From Candidatus Eiseniibacteriota bacterium (GTDB lineage: Bacteria; Eisenbacteria; RBG-16-71-46; JAFGJU01): a stretch of DNA of 64,000 nucleotides. The position numbers and the translations under genes were made by a program. How positions within the stretch are numbered: the stretch's first letter is position 1; every line of letters begins with the position of its first letter. The stretch is from assembly GCA_020349905.1 (NCBI GenBank), contig CP070702.1, forward strand, positions 1,900,047 through 1,964,046. Reading direction: 5' to 3'. Positions 26,440 through 37,996 of the stretch are shown piece after piece. The notes under the pieces were generated by a model. It ran no database searches. It was not told where the DNA came from and saw only the letters and a program-made list of their open reading frames with translations.

Positions 26440-26793
26440 TCATTTCTTCAGAAAGCTCATGGCTTCGTCCAGTTCGGTGAACAGGCGTAGCGGAATGCCC
26501 CGGTTCTTAGCAACCGTTTCAAAGAACTCTGCATTCTTGTCATCGGGTTTTGCCAGGAGGGCAATCCTGGAGGAGGTGGGAAGCTGGATAGTGGATGCAA
26601 AGGAGTAGATGTCGAACGTGGACATGCTGAAGTCCATTTTCCGCATGTCGACCAGAACGTTCCGCGTCGGATCCTCTTCCAGAAGACGACGGACTTCCAG
26701 GCGCGTGTCTCCGAGTTGAGCCACGTCCACGGCCCCTTCAAAACGCAGCTCAACGACTCCGAGTTCGCTCCTGACCGTAATACTGAATGCCAT
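26440..26793 (-). CDS. Small STAS-like/anti-sigma-antagonist-like domain protein (117 aa)
   Basis: Start at ATG 26793 with GGGGAGG RBS; 'ITVRSELGVVELRFEGAVDVAQ...VLVDMRKMDFSMSTFDIYSFAST' resembles the STAS fold; no firm family assignment. Confidence 0.35.
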   Translation of the reverse strand: MAFSITVRSELGVVELRFEGAVDVAQLGDTRLEVRRLLEEDPTRNVLVDMRKMDFSMSTFDIYSFASTIQLPTSSRIALLAKPDDKNAEFFETVAKNRGIPLRLFTELDEAMSFLKK

Positions 26794-26964
26794 GCTTACA
26801 CCTCCCCGAGCACGTAGCCCGATTCGGAGACCGAATGGCACAGAATCACCGGCGGCTGCTCGTGAATGAATTGACTCTGAGTGTAAAAGCGACTCTCGTT
26901 CGTATGCCGCGGTCACCATACCTGTCCGCGGCACTGCTGTCAAGCAGGATGTGGAATTTCTGCC

Positions 26965-27804
26965 TCACGGCAAGTCTGCTGAGGAAATGTTTGCCCTGAA
27001 ATCCTCCCACATTGCTTTCACGCCGACCCCAAAGTGTTCCTGAAAGACGGGGGCAAAGGGCTCTCCGTCCTGCAGGTCAAGCAACAGTCTCCGAAAGGCG
27101 TCCGGCTTCTTGTTCCGGATGAACCCGACAAACATCTTGCTTTGCTTATGAAACATTAGAGGAGTTAGCCCTGCGGCGGCAACGGACTTTCGCACTGAAC
27201 CTGCAAAACTCCCCTTCTCCTCCACGACGAAGTGCCTTCCGCTCACTATGGAAGCTATCGCGACCTTGTCCGATATGCCCTCCCCACCACTCCCTGCAAG
27301 ACAGTTCGCGAGTCCTTCCGTGAGCCAGGAGGGTATTTCCCCCCGCCCAAGGAATCCGAGCTGCTGAGCCAGGTGCAGATGGGATAGTTCGTGGACCAGA
27401 GTTTCTCTGTGCGTGTCTCTCCCTTGGAAGTCGAAGGCGCTCGGAGCAACCAGCACGCTGCCCAGAACCGCGGTCCCTCTAATTGGATACAGTGAACGTT
27501 CCCCTACGAACTTGTTGTGACTCTCCTGCGTAGCGCACACGTATACCTTGAACGGCTTCTTGAAGTTTCTGAAGTGCCCTTCTTCCACGACCCTGATGGC
27601 CTGCGGAAGAAAACGAGCAATCTTCTTTGCCTCTGATTCGGCGCCGGGCTCGTACAAGACTGCGCGGTTCTCCCCACAGGGCACAAAGTGGCTCTTTGGC
27701 CTGAGAAGTGCGACTCCGACAGGACTTCTGACGAACGCTATCAAAGCGATTACGATAAGAAGCCCAACGAAACCCAGTATGACGGCGTGCTTTCTGAGTT
27801 TCAT
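26965..27804 (-). CDS. Membrane-anchored putative zinc metallopeptidase (HExxH)
   Basis: N-terminal TM 'AVILGFVGLLIVIALIAFV'; 'LVHELSHLHL' HExxH motif. Confidence 0.55.
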   Translation of the reverse strand: MKLRKHAVILGFVGLLIVIALIAFVRSPVGVALLRPKSHFVPCGENRAVLYEPGAESEAKKIARFLPQAIRVVEEGHFRNFKKPFKVYVCATQESHNKFVGERSLYPIRGTAVLGSVLVAPSAFDFQGRDTHRETLVHELSHLHLAQQLGFLGRGEIPSWLTEGLANCLAGSGGEGISDKVAIASIVSGRHFVVEEKGSFAGSVRKSVAAAGLTPLMFHKQSKMFVGFIRNKKPDAFRRLLLDLQDGEPFAPVFQEHFGVGVKAMWEDFRANISSADLP

Positions 27805-27966
27805 TCTCGATCACTGTCCTGTCTCAGAACCGTGGCACGGCACCCTCCCCCTGCCCAGCCCGCCGCGTCCCGGTCCGCTCAGACGGTAACCGACCGAACC
27901 TGACCACAAAGTAGGGGGTCGACTGGCCCGCACACCCGCGCCTCGGCTCCGCCAGACGGTAACTGC

Positions 27967-28260
27967 CTAAGCCCGGACCAGCGTCCAGATGCCGATGCAG
28001 ATGAAGCCGATGCCAGCTACGTAGTGCAGATGCTTTGCGCTTACGTACTGGGAGAGAGTGCTTCCGGCCAGGACTCCGATCCCAGATGCGACCATGAGCG
28101 CCAGTGAAGCAGCCACGAAAACTGTGAGCTTGCTGACCTGCTTGTTTGCGGCGAAAAGCAGCGTGGCAAGCTGTGTCTTATCCCCCAGCTCTGCCACGAA
28201 AACCGCTCCAAACACTGTCAGGAATACCTTGATGTCCATACGAATCCCCTCATCCGGCAA
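27967..28260 (-). CDS. UPF0016 (GDT1/TMEM165) family membrane protein, single-repeat form
   Basis: '[14 protein letters not shown]' E-x-G-D-K-T signature; 97 aa, 3 TM; 11-nt overlap with uvrA end. Confidence 0.65.
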   Translation of the reverse strand: MPDEGIRMDIKVFLTVFGAVFVAELGDKTQLATLLFAANKQVSKLTVFVAASLALMVASGIGVLAGSTLSQYVSAKHLHYVAGIGFICIGIWTLVRA

Positions 28261-31111
28261 CGGTCACGTCGGCCCCTACACCCACCACTTCTCTCAGCGC
28301 TTTACCGGTGTAAGAGCCTTCAGACGCGACTATCTCTTCGGGCGTCCCCGTCGCGACGACGCGCCCCCCATCGTCACCACCTTCGGGTCCCAGGTCGATG
28401 ATGTAGTCAGCTGCCTTAACAACGTCCAGGTTGTGTTCAATGACGATAACTGTATTCCCTGCCGTGACCAGACGATTGAGCACGCCCAGCAGAAGTCTTA
28501 CGTCGTCGAAGTGAAGTCCGGTCGTGGGTTCGTCCAGAATGTAAACGGTGCGCCCCGTTGCCACCTTCGAGAGCTCGGTCGCCAGCTTGACTCTCTGGGC
28601 CTCTCCACCGGACAGCCTCGTGGCCGGCTGACCCAACCTCAGATAGCCCAGGCCCACGTCCCTCAGGGCCTCCAGCTTTCTTCGCACAGGAGGTATCTGA
28701 AGAAAGAACTGATAGGCGGTCTCGATGGTCATATCCAGTACGTCGGCGATGCTCTTCCCTTTGTAAAGCACCTCCAGAGTCTCCCGGTTGTACCTCCTGC
28801 CGTCGCAGGTGTCGCATCTAACGTAAACGTCGGGCAGAAAGTGCATCTCTATCTTCACGACCCCGTCTCCGTGACACGCTTCGCAGCGGCCGCCGTGGAC
28901 GTTGAAGCTGAACCGCCCCGGCTTGTATCCGCGCACCTTCGACTCGGGAAGCTGCGCGAACAGCGACCTCATAAAGGTGAAGGCGCCCACGTACGTCGCG
29001 GCGTTAGAGCGCGGGGTGCGCCCAATTGGAGACTGGTCGATATCCACGACCTTATCGATGTGCTCCAGGCCCTTTATCGCCTTGTGCTCTCCCGGAGACT
29101 CCGTGGAGGAATAGAAGTGCCTCGCGAGGGCCCTATGGAGAATGTCATTCACCAGAGTGCTCTTTCCAGAGCCTGAAACTCCGGTCACGCACACGAAGAG
29201 TCCGAGGGGAAACGACACGTCGATGGACTTGAGGTTATTGGCGGCGGCGCCCCGCACGGTGAGATTTCCTCCCCGGGGTCGCCTCCTGGAACGCGGTACC
29301 TCCACGTCTTTCTTGCCCGAGAGATATAGCCCGGTCAGAGACTCGCTGTTCCCCGCCACGTCGCCCGGCAGGCCCGTGGCCACCACCCATCCACCACCCT
29401 CACCAGCGCCCGGTCCCAGGTCTATCACGTAATCCGCGGAGAGGATGGTGTCTCTGTCGTGTTCGACGACCAGGACGGTGTTGCCCATGTCTCTTAGCTC
29501 GAAAAGGGTGGCCAGAAGCCGTCTCTGGTCCCTGTGATGCAGGCCGATGCTGGGTTCGTCCAGAACGTAAAGGACACCGCTCAGCTTGGAGCCTATCTGG
29601 GTGGCCAGTCTCAACCGCTGCGCCTCGCCGCCTGCAAGGGTCGAGGCGCTTCGCTCCAGCGTGAGATAGTCCAGACCCACGTCACACAGGAACTTCAGTC
29701 GCTGCGAAATCTCTTTCAGAACGGGCTCCGCAACGGGAACTTCCCCGGCACGAAACTTGAGCTTCCCGAAAGCCTCGCGCGCTTCCTTCACAGAGACAGC
29801 CGCGAAATCTGCTATGCTCCGGCCCCCGACCCTCACGGCTAGACTCTCGGGTTTAAGTCTCCGCCCGCCGCACCCGGGGCATTGACCCGGAGCCATGAAA
29901 CCCTCTATCCACTCGCGCACTGCCTCCGAGGTCGTGGCGCGGTACCTGCGGGAGAGGTCGGCAACAACACCCGAGAACTTCGTTCTGTGCTTCACGGTGA
30001 ATTTGCGGCTCTTGTATGTGACGTCCAGTTCTTCCTTCCCCGTTCCGAAGAGAACGGCCCGCTTGGCCCGCTCGGGAAGGTCTTGAAACGGGGTATTCAG
30101 GTCGAACCCGTAGTGCCGCGAAAGCGCCCTCATCTGCGTGCTGAACCAGCCCTTGGTCACGGGACCCCAGGGAGCCACGGCACCGTCCTTGATGGAAACC
30201 TGCGCATCCGGAACCACGAGCGAGGGGTCTATCTCGAGCCGGCTCCCCAGTCCGTCGCAGACAGCGCATGCACCGTAGGGGCTGTTGAAGGAGAAGTTTC
30301 TGGGATTGAGCTCGTCGAAACCGATACCGCACTTCACGCAGGCTCTCTTCTCGCTGAACAGGAGTTGCTTCTTAGCGCCCACGAGCACGCTCACCGTACC
30401 CGAGGCTACACGGAGAGCGGTCTCGACCGAATCCGCCAACCGAGAGCGGTTCTTCCTGGCGGCCGTCAAACGGTCCACCAGCACTTCTATCGTGTGCTTT
30501 CTGGTCTTCTTCAGGGACTCGACTTTCTCCAACTCCACGAGTTCCCCGTCTATGCGCGCGCGCAGAAATCCCTGCCGCCTGGCCTGTTCCAATTCCTTCT
30601 TGTACTCACCTTTTCTGCCCCTGACGATGGGGGCCATTATCTGAACCGACTTGCCGAGCGCAGTCTCCAGCAAGGAATCTACTATCTGGGAGGGCGATTG
30701 GGCGCCGACGGGCGTGCCGCATTTATGGCAGTGCTGAACGCCGACGCGGGAAAAGAGAAGCCTGAGGTAGTCGTAGAGTTCGGTCACCGTGGCGACCGTC
30801 GAACGCGGGTTGGAACCTGCGGTCCGCTGTTCGATGGAGATTGCCGGGGAGAGCCCCTCTATGGAATCCACGTCCGGCTTCTCCATCTGTCCCAAAAACT
30901 GCCGGGCGTATGCCGAAAGGGACTCGACGTAACGCCTCTGCCCTTCCGCGTAGATAGTGTCAAAGGCAAGTGAGCTCTTGCCCGAGCCGCTCACTCCGGT
31001 AATGACAACGAGTGAGTTTCGAGGGATGCTCGCGTCTATGTTCTTGAGATTGTGTTCCCTGGCTCCCTTGACAAGAATGAAACCGGGAGAGGAGCCAGGA
31101 AAAGTCTTCAC
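28250..31111 (-). CDS. uvrA: Excinuclease ABC subunit A
   Basis: Two ABC ATPase modules ('[20 protein letters not shown]', second Walker A '[13 protein letters not shown]'), zinc-finger cysteines; start set to GTG 31111 ('VKTFPGSS...[12 protein letters not shown]'), which overlaps the upstream TGA as GTGA. Confidence 0.92.
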   Translation of the reverse strand: MKTFPGSSPGFILVKGAREHNLKNIDASIPRNSLVVITGVSGSGKSSLAFDTIYAEGQRRYVESLSAYARQFLGQMEKPDVDSIEGLSPAISIEQRTAGSNPRSTVATVTELYDYLRLLFSRVGVQHCHKCGTPVGAQSPSQIVDSLLETALGKSVQIMAPIVRGRKGEYKKELEQARRQGFLRARIDGELVELEKVESLKKTRKHTIEVLVDRLTAARKNRSRLADSVETALRVASGTVSVLVGAKKQLLFSEKRACVKCGIGFDELNPRNFSFNSPYGACAVCDGLGSRLEIDPSLVVPDAQVSIKDGAVAPWGPVTKGWFSTQMRALSRHYGFDLNTPFQDLPERAKRAVLFGTGKEELDVTYKSRKFTVKHRTKFSGVVADLSRRYRATTSEAVREWIEGFMAPGQCPGCGGRRLKPESLAVRVGGRSIADFAAVSVKEAREAFGKLKFRAGEVPVAEPVLKEISQRLKFLCDVGLDYLTLERSASTLAGGEAQRLRLATQIGSKLSGVLYVLDEPSIGLHHRDQRRLLATLFELRDMGNTVLVVEHDRDTILSADYVIDLGPGAGEGGGWVVATGLPGDVAGNSESLTGLYLSGKKDVEVPRSRRRPRGGNLTVRGAAANNLKSIDVSFPLGLFVCVTGVSGSGKSTLVNDILHRALARHFYSSTESPGEHKAIKGLEHIDKVVDIDQSPIGRTPRSNAATYVGAFTFMRSLFAQLPESKVRGYKPGRFSFNVHGGRCEACHGDGVVKIEMHFLPDVYVRCDTCDGRRYNRETLEVLYKGKSIADVLDMTIETAYQFFLQIPPVRRKLEALRDVGLGYLRLGQPATRLSGGEAQRVKLATELSKVATGRTVYILDEPTTGLHFDDVRLLLGVLNRLVTAGNTVIVIEHNLDVVKAADYIIDLGPEGGDDGGRVVATGTPEEIVASEGSYTGKALREVVGVGADVTVAG

Positions 31112-34100
31112 CTCGAGAGTCTCTGAAGCCTTTCTCTTGCCATGCTTCCCCACTGCGAATTCTCCCCTTCCCTTTCCAGCAGGATCGTGTATTGCTTGGC
31201 CGCGGCCTCCACGTCTCCGGACTGTTCGAACGCCATCCCTGCCTTGAAGCGAGCAGTCACCGCCCACAGAGAGCCTTCTCCATAGAGAAACGGAACCTTC
31301 AGAAACTCCGAAGCCGCCCTCTCGAACTCTCCCATCGCGGCGTGGGCCTCGCCCAGCCAGTACTGAATCTCGGGCTTCTCCTCTCCCTCGGCCGTCTCAA
31401 GCGCCTGCCTCAGTTTCTCGATCGCCCGACGGTGACGTCCAGCGTTCAGGTCGCAGTACCCGCTCTTGAACGCCGCGGCGCGTGCCTGCTCACCCGTGCA
31501 TCCGGTTCGTATCTCCTCATACAGGGAAGCGGCTTCGGACCACTTCTCCGCCCTTTCGAGACAGAGGGCGGAATTTGACCAGGCGTCGCAGCGGCTCGTG
31601 GCGTCGGAGGCCACCCGCGAGGCGTCCAGATAGGAACGAGAGGCCTCCAGGTACCTGGATTGCGCGTAGAGAGACGTACCCAGTTTGAAATGCGCTGTGA
31701 AATTCAGTGTGCTGTCCGAAGAGGCCAGCTTCACGGCCTGCCCGAAATGGGCGGACGCAGCAGCGAAATCGTTCTGCCGCAGCTTGGAGAGCCCCATCGT
31801 AACAAGCGCCTTCTTCCTTGGCTCTCCCCGCAAGCCTCCGAGTGCCTCTGCCAGACGCGCGTGCGCTCCGGCCATATCGCCGGCCTCGTACAGAGCCAGG
31901 CCCCTCTCCAGAGCCAGCTCCGAAGCCAGAGTAGTATCTGAGGGGAAGCTCTTCACGAACTCCCCGAGCCGTTTCTGCGCCTTGGAGTCTTCTCCAAGCT
32001 TGGCAAGGGACAGCACGATCCTGCGCGCCGCCTCCCGATGCGAGGCCTGGCCCCTGGTCAATGCCAGCGCCCGCTCGTAGGCCTCGAGGCTCGAGGAGAA
32101 ATCTCCCGATTCAAAGCTCGCCCGGCCGAAAGAGAGCATTACCGTGGAATCCGAACGCACCTCTGGAAACTGTTTAGCCAGCCCTGCGTAGGTGACGGCG
32201 GCCTTGCCAGACTCTCCGACCCGCGTTTCGACGCCGGCCTTCCTTATGAGAACGTCTCTGAGCAGCGGACTCCCCGGGAACTGCGCGGCGAGACGTTCCA
32301 CGGGAACAGACGCCTCTTTCAGCATTCCTCTGTCCAGATACGCCCTGGCTTCTCGCGCGAGCAGGTCGTCCGCGAACGGACCGGTGGGATCGTGTTTCAG
32401 AATGTACTCGTACTCTGCGACGGCCTTTTCCAGCTCCCCGCTTACCAGATGGCAATCTCCCCTCCGGGAAAGGGCCCTCTCCCTGAGGATTCGTGTTCTG
32501 CCATTCTGGAAGGCAAACGAGTAGAGTGAGATCGCTCTGTCGAGGTCCCTCCTCGCAAGCTTGCACTCTCCGAGCTCGTATGCCGCCTCGGCAGCAGCAG
32601 GGCTCTCTGAGTAACGCGACACGACTATCTCCAGCTCCCGCTCCGCCGCGTCCAGGTTGCCCGCCTTGCGCAACAAGTATCCCCTCCCGAGCCGGGCCCC
32701 GGCCAGCAGCGGGCTGTCAGGGAATTCGTCGATGAGTTTCTGATAGCTGGCCATGGCCTCTGTGTAGAGTTCGTCGCCCGCGGTACCCGACAGCTCAGCC
32801 AGGGCCTGAGCTCTCCGGAGAAGAGCCGCTTCAAACCGGTCGGTGTCAGGGAAGCCCTGCAGAAAATCCGTATACAGAGACACGGCCGCTCTGTGCTTCT
32901 GAGGGGGATTGAGCTCTGAAAGCTCCTCTTCTATGAGTGCCATTCTGGCGTCGTCCGCCAGCTGGGTCCTGCCGTATTGAGTAAGAAGGTCCCTCAGGTA
33001 CCGGAGCGCCAGACCCTTGTGCTTCGCGGCGTCCTTTCTCTCACCCTCGAAGGCAAGCTTCCTCGAGAGCAGATTGTGCACGTTGGCCAGTCTCCAGAGC
33101 AGCAGGTGCTTTCTGTCCGCAGGAGAGCTCAGCATGGCCTTCGTGAGCATGACCTCGGCCTCGTCGAAGGAACGCAGCCTGCTCTCGAAGAGGATCGCCG
33201 CTTGCTCGAGCAGCCTTTCGCCGGCCACAGAGCCCTCGGCCGCGGACATCAGAAGAACTCGCAGCCTCTGCAAGTCCTCCTTTCCCACCTTCGCGGGAAA
33301 GAGCATTTCTAGGAGGCTTGCTCGCTCCGCGGCCTCGTCCGCTCTTGGACTCAGAGGGAAATCGCGCGCCAGCCTACGGTAGGCCCCCGCGGCCTCGGAG
33401 TACTCGCCGAGGGTTTCGTGAGACCTGGCCAGCTCCCAGACAGCCGGCTCCACACTTTCCGATTCCGGATAGAGGTCAGCAAGCAAGGTGTAATAGGCCG
33501 CGGCCCGTCCTCTCCCAACTGTCTCCTCTGTGCGGGCCTCGGCTCCGGAGAGACGGGCCAGCCGCATGAGGGCAGTGGCGCGGAGCTCGTCCGGACCGGG
33601 CAGTGTCAGCGCCCGCAAATAGGCAGCCACGGCCCCTTCCCTGTCCTCGAGCTCCTCTCTCACCATACCTTCTTCGATACTCACGAAGAGACAAAGGGAA
33701 TCCGCACGCCCGACACACTGTATCTTCTCGAGAAAACCTAGCGCGTCCCTGAGCGCATTCCGAAAGCGCGCGGCACGCGCGCGCGTAAAAAGAGAGGCAC
33801 GCTGCGCCGCCTCCGTGGCCCCTCTCGAAAGCAACTTCTCCGCCAGCAGGTTCGCCTGGCCGTACTCCCCCGCTGCAAGAAACGCGGACTGGGCTCTCAG
33901 ATTGCACTCTTCCGAAAGGAGAGAATCGGGAGACAACCGAGCGCATTCGGAGTAGGCCACCGCCGCGTCTGCGGTTCGCCCCATGCTGTCAAGCAGGCGC
34001 GCCTTCTCAACCAGGGCCTCGCTCAGGAGCTCCTTTCCAACTTTGAACGACAACGCCTCGTCTAGCACGCCCAGAGACCCGAGAGTGTTCCCCTCGGCCT

Positions 34101-34764
34101 GGAGCAGGCGGGCCAGCTCCACGGACCCCCTGAAGGCGGCTTCGCTACCGCGATGAGCCTTGCGCAGGAGTTCAAACGTGCTCCTGGCCCTGACCGCATC
34201 CGTTCGGGTGAGCGTGGAACCCAGAAGATACAGCAGCTCCGCTTTCCACTCGTCATCCGCGCAGAGAGCCAGTCCTCTTTCGAACTCCTTGGCCGCCTGC
34301 ACCGGGTCACCGCGCTCCACGAAGCTGAGACCCACGTTGCGAAGAGCCGCACAGAATCGCGGGCACTCCGGGAAGCGTGCCACGACCTGGGAGAAGGTCG
34401 AACCTGCCTCCCTGTGACGACCCAGTTTCACCTCGCATCCGCCGGCCCTGTACAGGGCCTCGCAGGCCCTTTCGCCGCGCGGGTCGGCCTCGTAGGCCCG
34501 AAAGTAGAGCCGTTCAGCTTCCGCGAACTGCGAAAGGGAACTCCTTATGTCTCCCAGAAGAAGAGTGGCGTGCTGGCGAGACTGCGGAGAGACGTCGCCC
34601 TCCAGGAACCTCTGCAGTTCCTCCTGGGCAGGTTGGAGCATCCCGTCTTCGATCAACTTCTCGGCGTAGTCCAGCTCCCGGGGACCCGAAGGAGTCGCTG
34701 ACTGTGGACCATACACTATTGCTGCAATCGCAATACTAACAATCAATAGTGCGCGTTTCTTCAT
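31108..34764 (-). CDS. Very large (1218 aa) secreted/periplasmic tetratricopeptide-repeat protein
   Basis: Signal peptide '[19 protein letters not shown]'; TPR-like 34-aa units along the whole length (A/L/Y/G/E periodicity). Confidence 0.8.
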   Translation of the reverse strand: MKKRALLIVSIAIAAIVYGPQSATPSGPRELDYAEKLIEDGMLQPAQEELQRFLEGDVSPQSRQHATLLLGDIRSSLSQFAEAERLYFRAYEADPRGERACEALYRAGGCEVKLGRHREAGSTFSQVVARFPECPRFCAALRNVGLSFVERGDPVQAAKEFERGLALCADDEWKAELLYLLGSTLTRTDAVRARSTFELLRKAHRGSEAAFRGSVELARLLQAEGNTLGSLGVLDEALSFKVGKELLSEALVEKARLLDSMGRTADAAVAYSECARLSPDSLLSEECNLRAQSAFLAAGEYGQANLLAEKLLSRGATEAAQRASLFTRARAARFRNALRDALGFLEKIQCVGRADSLCLFVSIEEGMVREELEDREGAVAAYLRALTLPGPDELRATALMRLARLSGAEARTEETVGRGRAAAYYTLLADLYPESESVEPAVWELARSHETLGEYSEAAGAYRRLARDFPLSPRADEAAERASLLEMLFPAKVGKEDLQRLRVLLMSAAEGSVAGERLLEQAAILFESRLRSFDEAEVMLTKAMLSSPADRKHLLLWRLANVHNLLSRKLAFEGERKDAAKHKGLALRYLRDLLTQYGRTQLADDARMALIEEELSELNPPQKHRAAVSLYTDFLQGFPDTDRFEAALLRRAQALAELSGTAGDELYTEAMASYQKLIDEFPDSPLLAGARLGRGYLLRKAGNLDAAERELEIVVSRYSESPAAAEAAYELGECKLARRDLDRAISLYSFAFQNGRTRILRERALSRRGDCHLVSGELEKAVAEYEYILKHDPTGPFADDLLAREARAYLDRGMLKEASVPVERLAAQFPGSPLLRDVLIRKAGVETRVGESGKAAVTYAGLAKQFPEVRSDSTVMLSFGRASFESGDFSSSLEAYERALALTRGQASHREAARRIVLSLAKLGEDSKAQKRLGEFVKSFPSDTTLASELALERGLALYEAGDMAGAHARLAEALGGLRGEPRKKALVTMGLSKLRQNDFAAASAHFGQAVKLASSDSTLNFTAHFKLGTSLYAQSRYLEASRSYLDASRVASDATSRCDAWSNSALCLERAEKWSEAASLYEEIRTGCTGEQARAAAFKSGYCDLNAGRHRRAIEKLRQALETAEGEEKPEIQYWLGEAHAAMGEFERAASEFLKVPFLYGEGSLWAVTARFKAGMAFEQSGDVEAAAKQYTILLEREGENSQWGSMARERLQRLSR

Positions 34765-34780
34765 CTTACTTCTAAAGTCC

Positions 34781-36016
34781 TCATTCGTACCTGAGGGCCA
34801 CGACCGGATCCAACCTCGATGCCTTCACCGCCGGGTACATTCCGAAGAAGAGCCCGACCGCAGACGAGAAGGCGAAGCCCAGGGCCAGGGACCAGAAGGG
34901 CGCCGCCGAGGGGATGTGCACTAGCTTCTCGACCAGCCAGCCGATGAAAACACCGATGGCGATACCGATGACCCCACCGGTGGCTGTGAGAACCACTGCC
35001 TCCGTCAAGAACTGTACCATGACGTCTGTTCTGCGGGCGCCCACCGCCATGCGGAGGCCTATCTCCCTGGTCCTCTCGGTGACGGACACGAACATGATGT
35101 TCGTTACACCCACCCCTCCGACCATGAGTGCGATGGAGGATATGGCTATCATCACGATGTAGAAGGTCCCGGTTATCCTGTGGTAGAGGTCCATGAGAAC
35201 GTCCTCGGTGAAGACGGCGAAGTCCTCTCCGCGGTTCGCAGGGATGCCTCTCCTGCGCCTCATGAGTTCGGTTATCTCCTCTATTGCCTGCTCGGTCGCC
35301 TCCACGGTCACCGGCTTCGCATCCACGAATATCTGCAGGTCGGGTCCGAACCTCTTACCCAGGGTCGAGTGGGGCATGATGACGAAATCATCCAGGCTCT
35401 GCCCCAGGAAATTGCCCCGCTTCTCCAGCTCTCCGACGATGAGAAACCGCTTCCCCCCGATGGAAACCCAGCGTCCCACGGAGGAGGTGTGAGGAAAGAG
35501 CGTCTCCAGAAGCTCCTGTCCCATGACGCACACGTCCGCACTGTGGAGCACCTCTTCCTCTGTGAAGCACCGGCCGCTCGAGATGCCCAGCTCGTGTATC
35601 TCCAGGTAGTCGGGTGCGCTCCCCAGCACCTGCGTGAGCCGGGTTTCCCTGTCCCTGTATTTCAGAGGGACCGCCGTGAAGTTGAGGGGAACAGCCGCCT
35701 TGACAGAGGGACACAGCCTCTCGATGGCGACGGCGTCCTCTACGCTGAAATCTCTCCTGTGACGCAAGCTCTCCGGAAGAGAACCCACGAACAGGCCGGG
35801 CTCGAACTTCCTGACGTACACCACGGACGTGCCCAGCGAGCGAATCTGCCTCGCCATGCTGCGGTTGAGCCCCTGGACCAGGGATACCATTCCGACGACC
35901 GTCGTAATGCCGATGACGACGCCCAGAATCGTCAGAATGGCTCTCAATTTGTGGGTCCAAAGCGAAGAGAGAGCCATCACCATGCTCTCCCTCAGAAGTC
36001 CTGTTCGTAGTCCCAT
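34781..36016 (-). CDS. ABC transporter permease, FtsX/MacB/LolCE family
   Basis: Four TM with large periplasmic domain between TM1 and TM2, C-terminal 'RTREIGLRMAVGARRTDV' FtsX signature; start set to ATG 36016. Confidence 0.8.
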   Translation of the reverse strand: MGLRTGLLRESMVMALSSLWTHKLRAILTILGVVIGITTVVGMVSLVQGLNRSMARQIRSLGTSVVYVRKFEPGLFVGSLPESLRHRRDFSVEDAVAIERLCPSVKAAVPLNFTAVPLKYRDRETRLTQVLGSAPDYLEIHELGISSGRCFTEEEVLHSADVCVMGQELLETLFPHTSSVGRWVSIGGKRFLIVGELEKRGNFLGQSLDDFVIMPHSTLGKRFGPDLQIFVDAKPVTVEATEQAIEEITELMRRRRGIPANRGEDFAVFTEDVLMDLYHRITGTFYIVMIAISSIALMVGGVGVTNIMFVSVTERTREIGLRMAVGARRTDVMVQFLTEAVVLTATGGVIGIAIGVFIGWLVEKLVHIPSAAPFWSLALGFAFSSAVGLFFGMYPAVKASRLDPVVALRYE

Positions 36017-36041
36017 CGATGCTCCGATCCCGTGCGCCAGG

Positions 36042-37268
36042 CTACTCGTAGCGCAGCGCAACTATCGGGTCAAGTTTCGCGGCCCTTGCCGCGGGATAAA
36101 TGCCGAAGAACGTCCCCACACCACACGCCACCGCCAGACCCATCAGTATTGCCCAGGCCCGGATGGCGGCGGGCAGCGGGCTCACACCCGAGACGAACAG
36201 GGCGATTGCCACGCCCAGCAGCACCCCGATCAGACCCCCCGTGCCTGAAAGAATCAGCGATTCGATGAGAAACTGGACCATTATCTCTCCGCGTCTGGCA
36301 CCGATGGCCTTCCTTATGCCTATTTCTCTGGTCCTCTCCGTGACAGAGACCAGCATTATGTTCATTATCACGATTCCGCCCACGATAAGGGAAATTGCGG
36401 CGATTCCCACGGTGACCAGGTACGCCGTGGAAGTGAAGCTCCTGTATAACTCCATGAACGTCTCGGCGCCCATGATGCTGAAATCGTCGGGCTCGGAAAA
36501 AGGTACCTTCCTCCTGGCCCTCAAGACGGCCCTGGTCTCATCCTGTGCAAGATCGTAGCTGGCCTGGTCGCGTGCCTTCACGACCAGGTACACGGGGTTC
36601 CTCGTACCGTAGGCCTTCCTGAATGCCGAGATGGGAACGGTGACGTAACTGTCCTGGCTCATCCCCAGGAGACTACCCTTCCGCTCGCCCACGCCCACGA
36701 TTCTGAACCTGTGCCTCCCTGCTCTGATTTCCTTCCCGATCGGGTCCACCCCGGTGAATAGCTTGTCTTTGACATCCTGACCGATTACGCATATGGCCTT
36801 CCTTCGGAGCACGTCTTCGCGTGAGATTTCCCTCCCTGATTCCACACCGACCGCCTCGCCCGATTCGACGAATCGATACTTCTCGTCCACCCCCTGCACG
36901 TTCACCCCGGAGACGCTCTTGGCTCGGTAGCGCACGGTCTTCTGGGTCTCGGATACGGCTCCTGCAGCAAGAACAGAGGGGGAAAGCCGCTCCACGGCCC
37001 GGGCGTCCTCGGGTGTGAAGTCTTCCCTCTTGAGGGCCTCCAGATACTCCTCGTAATCGGTTATCATCCCGAATTTGTCGACGTAGAAAGTGTTGGATCC
37101 CTCGGCCACGAGCCTCTCTGAGACGTACTCGTTCATGCCCTCGATGATAGACACGATGGTCACGACGGACATGACGCCTATCACCGTGCCCAGCACCGTG
37201 AGAAGAGAACGAACCTTGTGCACACCAAGGGTGGAGACTGCTATCCGGAAGTTCTCAGAGAGCTGCAA
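36042..37268 (-). CDS. ABC transporter permease, FtsX/MacB/LolCE family (second paralogue)
   Basis: Same architecture; 'RTREIGIRKAIGARRGEI'. Confidence 0.8.
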   Translation of the reverse strand: MQLSENFRIAVSTLGVHKVRSLLTVLGTVIGVMSVVTIVSIIEGMNEYVSERLVAEGSNTFYVDKFGMITDYEEYLEALKREDFTPEDARAVERLSPSVLAAGAVSETQKTVRYRAKSVSGVNVQGVDEKYRFVESGEAVGVESGREISREDVLRRKAICVIGQDVKDKLFTGVDPIGKEIRAGRHRFRIVGVGERKGSLLGMSQDSYVTVPISAFRKAYGTRNPVYLVVKARDQASYDLAQDETRAVLRARRKVPFSEPDDFSIMGAETFMELYRSFTSTAYLVTVGIAAISLIVGGIVIMNIMLVSVTERTREIGIRKAIGARRGEIMVQFLIESLILSGTGGLIGVLLGVAIALFVSGVSPLPAAIRAWAILMGLAVACGVGTFFGIYPAARAAKLDPIVALRYE

Positions 37269-37286
37269 GACTCACCCCCGCAGTCT

Positions 37287-37970
37287 TCAGACAAGTTCGT
37301 CGGCCTCGATCAGGCCGTCCCTCAACCTGATGATGCGCCTTGCGTGCTTTGCTATGTACTCTTCGTGTGTTACCAGGACGATGGCGTTTCCGGCTCTGTG
37401 AATCTTCTCCATGGCCTGCATGATTTCCTCGCCCGTCTTGCTGTCGAGGTTGCCGGTAGGTTCGTCGGCGAGTATCACGGAAGGCTCGTTCACGAGCGCC
37501 CGTGCGATCGCTGCGCGCTGTCGCTGGCCGCCGGAGAGCTCGGAAGGACGGTGTCTGGTTCTGTCCTCGAGCCCGACGGCCTTTAGAGCTGCGTCCACCT
37601 TGGTCCTTCTCTCGGCCCGTGAAACACCAGCATAAATGAGGGGGAGTTCTACGTTGTGGGAAGCGTCGGCCCTGGGAAGAAGATTGAAGGTCTGGAAGAC
37701 GAACCCTATCTCCTTGTTCCTTATCCGCGCCAGTTCGTCGTCCGAGAGGTCTTTGACTTCCTGGTCCTTGAAGCGATAGGAACCGCTCGTGGGAGTGTCG
37801 AGACAACCGATGAGGTTCATCAGCGTGGATTTGCCCGAGCCCGAAGGCCCCATGATGGCAAGGTACTCGTTTGAGGTCAGGTCCAGGTCTATTCCGTTCA
37901 GCGCGTGCACCTCCTCCGCGCCGACCTGGTACACCTTCGTCACGCCCCTAAGTTCTATGAGATTGTCCAT
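37287..37970 (-). CDS. ABC transporter ATP-binding protein (MacB/LolD-type)
   Basis: Walker A '[10 protein letters not shown]', signature '[15 protein letters not shown]', Walker B '[11 protein letters not shown]'. Confidence 0.9.
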   Translation of the reverse strand: MDNLIELRGVTKVYQVGAEEVHALNGIDLDLTSNEYLAIMGPSGSGKSTLMNLIGCLDTPTSGSYRFKDQEVKDLSDDELARIRNKEIGFVFQTFNLLPRADASHNVELPLIYAGVSRAERRTKVDAALKAVGLEDRTRHRPSELSGGQRQRAAIARALVNEPSVILADEPTGNLDSKTGEEIMQAMEKIHRAGNAIVLVTHEEYIAKHARRIIRLRDGLIEADELV

Positions 37971-37996
37971 CCGTTCTCCTGTATTGAGCGAGTCTG

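Noticed and set aside
28250-31267. UvrA starting at ATG 31267 (1005 aa)
   Set aside because: The extra 52 residues are an out-of-frame read-through of the TPR gene's 3' end. The UvrA family N-terminus aligns from the GTG at 31111.
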